Below, piece by piece: positions 55,361 through 60,254 of a DNA stretch of 60,254 bases (position 1 is its first letter; every line of letters begins with the position of its first letter). The notes beneath the pieces were generated by a model that searched no databases, was not told the DNA's origin, and was given only the letters and a program-made list of their open reading frames with translations. The position numbers and the translations under genes are program-made. The stretch comes from Polyangiales bacterium (GTDB taxonomy: Bacteria; Myxococcota_A; Polyangia; Polyangiales; Houyiibacteriaceae), in NCBI GenBank assembly GCA_045106895.1, contig JBGCFM010000061.1:1-60254 (forward strand), given 5' to 3'.

Positions 55361-56986
55361 ATGAGCACACGGCGGCAAACTCTCTTGCGCCTTCTGGCGG
55401 TAGTTAGCGTACTTGCGACAATCTCGTGGGAGTCGACGGCGATGGCGGGTGGCGTGGAGTTTCCCGCCGCTGGCACAAGCGCGCTCGGTCGAGGTGGTGC
55501 TGCACATGCTCGCCCCGGAGACCCGATGTCGCTGCTCTACAACCCAGCGGCCCTCGCGCTCTCGAACGGAATTCAGATTTCGTTGCAGACGCACTTGGCG
55601 CTCTTCAGTTCTTGTTTTCAATCGAGCGGCACCTACGGGATGGCCCTCGATGCGATGCCCCCGACCAACGCGTTCGGAGATGACGCGAGCTTCTCGGGGA
55701 TGCAGATGCCGGAGGTGTGCAACTCCGGACCGCCCGGCGTGATTCCCGAGCTTGTCCTCAGCTGGCGCGTTCATGAGAGGGTAGGTCTGGCAATTGGTTT
55801 TCTTGCGCCGGCGGGTGTCGCGTCCCAGCGCTACGGCGAGTCCACGACGCTTCCGAACGGGCGGACCTACATCGGAACCCAGAATGGATTGCCCGCTTCG
55901 ACTCGCTACATGCTCGTCGAGTCGAACGTTCTGCTCGCGTTTCCTACCATCGGCATCGGCGTCTCAGCGCATCCACGTTTGCACTTTGGCCTCGCCTTCG
56001 GTTCCGGCTTCGGCATCTTCGACTTGGCCTCGATGACGCGCGCCACGAGCGGCGATGACTTTGGTGGCGATGTCCTCTCGGAGGTGTCCGCATCGGACCC
56101 CTTTGTTCCTCGTGTGACGGCATCCATTCACGCCGTTCCCCATGACAACCTCGACATCTCGCTGACCTTTACTTGGACCGACGACGTTGAAGCGGAAGGT
56201 GACCTTCGGCTCCAGTCTGGCTACTACCAAGACGAGGTGTACGGAGACCTCACGGTGCCCGGCGCCACATTCGGCGTTCCTCAACCCTGGCAGCTTGCCC
56301 TCGGCATCCGATACGCGCAGCGCCTGGCTCCGCGTTCACGGGCGACAAATCTCTCCCAGCTTAGCGGTCAAGTTGAAGACGAGATGAGCAACGAGCGGTG
56401 GGACATCGAGTTCGACATCGTCTACGAGCGCAACTCGGCCATCGACAATCTCACAACGGATCTCCCAGCGTGCACGGACCCTGCCCGTTGCGGAACCGCT
56501 TTCCAGAACGATGCCGGAACACGTTGGGGCCTCGCTATTCCGATTTTCCCCACGGCGATTCAGCCATCGCTGCCAGAGAACAATCAGCTGCCCCACCGCT
56601 TCAAGGATCAGCTCTCCCTTCGCCTCGGTGGTGACTACAACATCGTTCCTGGCTTCGTGACGGCGCGTGCCGGCGTTTCCTACGAGACGATGGGCGTGGA
56701 AAGCGGCTTCGAGCAGATCGACTTCCAACCCTTCCAGCGAGTCGGCGTTCACGTCGGCGCGACGATGCGCTTCGGAAACTTCGACCTCTCCCTCGCGTAC
56801 GCCCATCTGTTCCAGTCGTCTGCGACGAACACGGATGGCCAGATCACGGAGACCAACGCCCTCTACGGCCTTGCGGAACTAGACGGTCGGTCGACGGACT
56901 CTATCCAGCGAAGCGTTCAGAACAACGGCACCATTCGCTCGAACTTCAACGTGTTCAGCCTAGGCCTGACCTATCATATTCGCTGA
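55361..56986 (+). CDS. FadL/TodX-family outer membrane transport beta-barrel
   Basis: Signal peptide AMA-GG; ALGRGGA..A...D...LYNPAAL hatch motif; C-terminal FSLGLTYHI. Confidence 0.85.
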   Translation: MSTRRQTLLRLLAVVSVLATISWESTAMAGGVEFPAAGTSALGRGGAAHARPGDPMSLLYNPAALALSNGIQISLQTHLALFSSCFQSSGTYGMALDAMPPTNAFGDDASFSGMQMPEVCNSGPPGVIPELVLSWRVHERVGLAIGFLAPAGVASQRYGESTTLPNGRTYIGTQNGLPASTRYMLVESNVLLAFPTIGIGVSAHPRLHFGLAFGSGFGIFDLASMTRATSGDDFGGDVLSEVSASDPFVPRVTASIHAVPHDNLDISLTFTWTDDVEAEGDLRLQSGYYQDEVYGDLTVPGATFGVPQPWQLALGIRYAQRLAPRSRATNLSQLSGQVEDEMSNERWDIEFDIVYERNSAIDNLTTDLPACTDPARCGTAFQNDAGTRWGLAIPIFPTAIQPSLPENNQLPHRFKDQLSLRLGGDYNIVPGFVTARAGVSYETMGVESGFEQIDFQPFQRVGVHVGATMRFGNFDLSLAYAHLFQSSATNTDGQITETNALYGLAELDGRSTDSIQRSVQNNGTIRSNFNVFSLGLTYHIR

Positions 56987-57029
56987 ACGCGCCCTCGATT
57001 CTTAGCCGTAGGCGGCGCCAGGAGACCTC

Positions 57030-59303
57030 ATGAAAGTAAACGTGCTCGGCGGAGGCCCCGCGGGGCTCTACTTTTCGATTCTGCTGCGGAAGGCTCGGCC
57101 TGATGCTGAGATAACGGTCTATGAGCGGAATGCCCCGGACGATACGTTCGGTTGGGGGGTCGTGTTTAGTGATGAGACGCTGGGTCACCTGGAGGCGGCG
57201 GACCCCCCGACGTTCAAAGCCATCCGTGAGGACTTCGCGTATTGGGACGCCATCGACCTGATCCATGACCACGCGGGCAAGACGAGCCGCGTGCGCTCCG
57301 GGGGTCACGGCTTTTGCGGGATTGGCCGCCGAAGTTTGTTGCTTCTGCTTCAGGAGCGAGCCCAGGAACTTGGCGTGGAGCTTCGATTCTCAACGCCGGT
57401 GGAAGACATCGAGACGCTTCGAGACGCTGACCTCTTCGTCGCCGCCGACGGCGTGAACTCGCGGACGCGTGAGCTCTACGCGGACGCTTTCCAGCCGAGG
57501 GTGACGATGGGCGGGAGCCGCTTCATCTGGCTCGGCACAGAGCAGTCACACGAAGCCTTCACGTTCATCTTTCGACAGAACGAACACGGCACCTTTCAGG
57601 TGCATGCCTATCAGTTCGACGATTCGACGAGCACGTTCATCGTGGAGTGTGACGCGGAGACGTTCGCGCGCTCGGGTCTGGCGGAAGATGACGAGGACGC
57701 CGCGATCGTGTACTGCGAGAAGCTCTTCGCGCCGGAGCTGGATGGGCACAAGTTGATGGCGAATCGCTCGCGCTGGATTCGTTTTCCGGAAGTCGTCTGC
57801 CGGCGATGGACGCACGAGAACATGGTCATCATCGGCGACGCCGCCCACACCGCGCACTTTTCCGTGGGCTCTGGGACGAAGTTGGCGATGGAGGACTCCA
57901 TCGAACTGGCGAAGTGTATCGCGGAGGGCGCAGACGTAGGCGCAGGGCTGGCACGCTACGACGACGAGCGACATGACCTCGTGGCAAGAACGCAGCGCGC
58001 GGCACAGCAAAGCCAGCGCTGGTTTGAAGAGGCGCCGCGCCATGTGAAGCACCCGCCGGAGCGACTCATGTTCGCGCTCCTAAGCCGAACGCGCCGGGTG
58101 ACGCACGAGAACCTGCGCCTCCGCGACGCGAGCTATATTGAGGGGGCGGACCGCTTCTACGCCAGCTCCGTAGCCGCCGAAGGAAGCACAGAAACGAAAA
58201 GCGCGGCGCCGATTCCGCCGATGTTCACGCCCTTCAAGCTCGCGGGCCTCACGTTGAGCAACCGCGTCGTGGTGTCTCCGATGTGCCAGTACCGCGCGAC
58301 GGATGGTGTTCCAAACGACTGGCATCTTGTGCACTTGGGGAGTCGCGCCGTGGGTGGCGCGGGGCTTCTCTTCGCCGAGATGACCAACGTGTCCGCCGAA
58401 GCGCGCATTACTCCTGGATGCACCGGGCTCTACACCGATGAGCAGCAAGAAGCCTGGGCGCGAATCGTTCGCTACGTGCACGCGGAGTCGGACGCGAAGA
58501 TTGCGATTCAGCTCGGGCATGCGGGACGAAAGGGCGCGACGAAGCTCCCGTGGGTTGAGGGCTACGATGTGCCTCTTGGCGAGGACGAGGCCTGGCCGCT
58601 CCTTGGGCCATCGGCCATCCCTTGGACAGACGCTCATGCCGTACCGCGCGCCATGGAGCGCGCCGACATGGACCGCGTCGTGAAGGATTTCGTGGCGGCG
58701 ACGCGTCGCGCCGAAGCTGCCGGTTTTGATATCGTCGAGGTGCACCTGGCCCACGGCTACCTGCTCTCGTCGTTTCTTACGCCGCTCTCGAATCAGCGCG
58801 GCGATGAGTACGGTGGAAGTCTCGAAGACCGGGCGCGCTTCCCCCTCGAGGTTGTCGCCGCCGTGCGGGCGGCATGGAAGGGTCCTCTCTCCGTGCGCAT
58901 TAGCGCCACAGACTGGGTCGAGGGAGGCTTCGATATTGAGGACGCCGTGCAGCTTGCTGCATGGCTCAAGGTGGCGGGGGTCGACCTCATTGACGTGAGC
59001 GCGGGTCAGACATCGCCGGACGCGAAGCCGGTGTATGGCCGCGCGTTTCAGACTCCCTTCGCCGAGCGCATTCGCAACGACATCGGCATGGCCACGATGG
59101 CCGTTGGCAACATCATGGACGCGGACCGCGTGAACACGATCTTACTCGCGGGCAGAGCCGACCTGGTGGCGATGGCTCGCGCGCACCTGGCGAACCCCTA
59201 CCTGACGCGACACGCCGCGGCGAACCTTGGCGTCGAGGTTCCGTGGCCGAACCCCTACGCTGCGGCGGCGAGCGTTGCCCCGAAGATGTTCGGAGACGAG
59301 TGA
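57030..59303 (+). CDS. Bifunctional salicylyl-CoA 5-hydroxylase / anthraniloyl-CoA monooxygenase-reductase
   Basis: [42 protein letters not shown] fused to an old-yellow-enzyme domain ([21 protein letters not shown]). Confidence 0.93.
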   Translation: MKVNVLGGGPAGLYFSILLRKARPDAEITVYERNAPDDTFGWGVVFSDETLGHLEAADPPTFKAIREDFAYWDAIDLIHDHAGKTSRVRSGGHGFCGIGRRSLLLLLQERAQELGVELRFSTPVEDIETLRDADLFVAADGVNSRTRELYADAFQPRVTMGGSRFIWLGTEQSHEAFTFIFRQNEHGTFQVHAYQFDDSTSTFIVECDAETFARSGLAEDDEDAAIVYCEKLFAPELDGHKLMANRSRWIRFPEVVCRRWTHENMVIIGDAAHTAHFSVGSGTKLAMEDSIELAKCIAEGADVGAGLARYDDERHDLVARTQRAAQQSQRWFEEAPRHVKHPPERLMFALLSRTRRVTHENLRLRDASYIEGADRFYASSVAAEGSTETKSAAPIPPMFTPFKLAGLTLSNRVVVSPMCQYRATDGVPNDWHLVHLGSRAVGGAGLLFAEMTNVSAEARITPGCTGLYTDEQQEAWARIVRYVHAESDAKIAIQLGHAGRKGATKLPWVEGYDVPLGEDEAWPLLGPSAIPWTDAHAVPRAMERADMDRVVKDFVAATRRAEAAGFDIVEVHLAHGYLLSSFLTPLSNQRGDEYGGSLEDRARFPLEVVAAVRAAWKGPLSVRISATDWVEGGFDIEDAVQLAAWLKVAGVDLIDVSAGQTSPDAKPVYGRAFQTPFAERIRNDIGMATMAVGNIMDADRVNTILLAGRADLVAMARAHLANPYLTRHAAANLGVEVPWPNPYAAAASVAPKMFGDE

Positions 59304-59923
59304 GCACCTGGAGCCCGCCCCCGAACAGCGTGGTTCGTGGCTCCGCTCATCGCGTCGACGCGGCGCGTTATGCCGGTCGCTACGCCGCCGTTATTCTTGT
59401 TCTTGGCGGGCTTTTTCTTTCACTGGCCATGCTGTGGACGGGGGAGCGTCTTTTTGAGGACTCCCTCGGTCGCCGCATCCGGGAGGCCCATGCTGCTCCT
59501 TGGGAGGTGACGTGCTTCGCCCTGATCCTCATGGGGGCCGGCGCGAACAAGAGGCTCTTCGGTGCAAAGCGACGTGTGCTCTTCGCCCTCGGTTCGGCGG
59601 TGGCGTTGAACGTAGGCGCGACGATCGTGCTTACGGGCATTCCCCAAGAGTCCCTCGCGCTGACCGTTTTCGCGGCGGTGGCGGCGGCGTGCGCGTTCAT
59701 CGGGGCCCGCTTCTCGCTCGGGCCCTGGGTCGTATTCGCGTTCTTGGCCCTCGGCCTGTCGTCCACGGCGGGAGCAGGCTTTTCGGCCCGCCTTCCACCG
59801 GGCAGCGACGGGGACTGGGCCATTGTGAGTCTGGTGATGGGCGCGGGCGCCGCCCTTGGGCACATCCCCTTTCTTCGAGGGCTGTCGCGCTCCGCAGAGG
59901 CGTCCGAAGCGTCTTCCCGCTGA
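59300..59923 (+). CDS. Hypothetical membrane protein
   Basis: GTGA overlap with the previous stop; about 6 hydrophobic segments. Confidence 0.65.
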   Translation: MSTWSPPPNSVVRGSAHRVDAARYAGRYAAVILVLGGLFLSLAMLWTGERLFEDSLGRRIREAHAAPWEVTCFALILMGAGANKRLFGAKRRVLFALGSAVALNVGATIVLTGIPQESLALTVFAAVAAACAFIGARFSLGPWVVFAFLALGLSSTAGAGFSARLPPGSDGDWAIVSLVMGAGAALGHIPFLRGLSRSAEASEASSR

Positions 59924-59964
59924 CCCCCTCGACGTCGCGGCCGCTTTCCGATAAACCCGGCGCT

Positions 59965-60254
59965 ATGACCGACTCACTTGCCGTCGATACGATCCGTGGC
60001 CTTTCGATGGACGCTGTCCAGGCTGCTAACTCCGGGCACCCCGGGACGCCCATGTCCCTCGCCCCACTGGGCTGGGTAATCTACTCGAAGCTCATGCGTT
60101 TCGACCCCGCACAGCCCGACTGGCCGGGCCGTGACCGGTTCGTGCTGAGCTGCGGTCACGCGTCCATGCTTCAGTACTCGTTGCTGCATCTCAGCGGCTA
60201 CGACCTGAGCTTGAGCGACATCAAGAACTTCCGGCAGTGGCACTCGAAGACGCC
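59965..60254 (+). CDS. tkt: Transketolase, 5' part (runs off the window)
   Basis: Manual translation: [27 protein letters not shown]...[24 protein letters not shown]. Confidence 0.96.
   Translation, partial: MTDSLAVDTIRGLSMDAVQAANSGHPGTPMSLAPLGWVIYSKLMRFDPAQPDWPGRDRFVLSCGHASMLQYSLLHLSGYDLSLSDIKNFRQWHSKT

Overview
High-GC (about 65% by eye) bacterial chromosome segment, very probably from a myxobacterium (Myxococcota, Polyangiales/Sandaracinus-like). This rests on MYXO-CTERM-type tails, Cys-rich repeat surface proteins, Ser/Thr kinases, a CdnL/CarD gene and a Myxococcus-type LexA box before recA. Most of the window is core genome: fadD-like ligase, fbaB, tadA, polA, tdk, glmS, cinA-recA, hisIE, prs-rplY-pth-rpsF-rpsR-rplI-dnaB, the start of tkt, five tRNAs (all four Ser isoacceptors plus Arg-ACG) and SRP RNA. 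Two accessory elements stand out. (1) At 42.1-45.3 kb is a compact operon that looks like a complete type III secretion translocon module: an EspA/Bsp22-like filament/tip protein, a short SycD-like TPR chaperone, and SctE-like and SctB-like translocators. No injectisome genes are present in the window, and a bipartite ECF-promoter-like motif occurs twice in its upstream regions. (2) A 3753-bp lower-GC islet is integrated in tRNA-Arg(ACG). Its 50-bp att core lies inside the reading frame of a degenerate tyrosine integrase, so excision would swap the integrase C-terminus. It carries a secreted HExxHxxGxxD metalloprotease and two lipoproteins. Other candidates are a methyltransferase / PMP-repeat lipoprotein / JmjC operon, a structured RNA downstream of recA and a phased DnaA-box triplet upstream of prs. 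All family calls come from motif recognition by eye; no searches were run.
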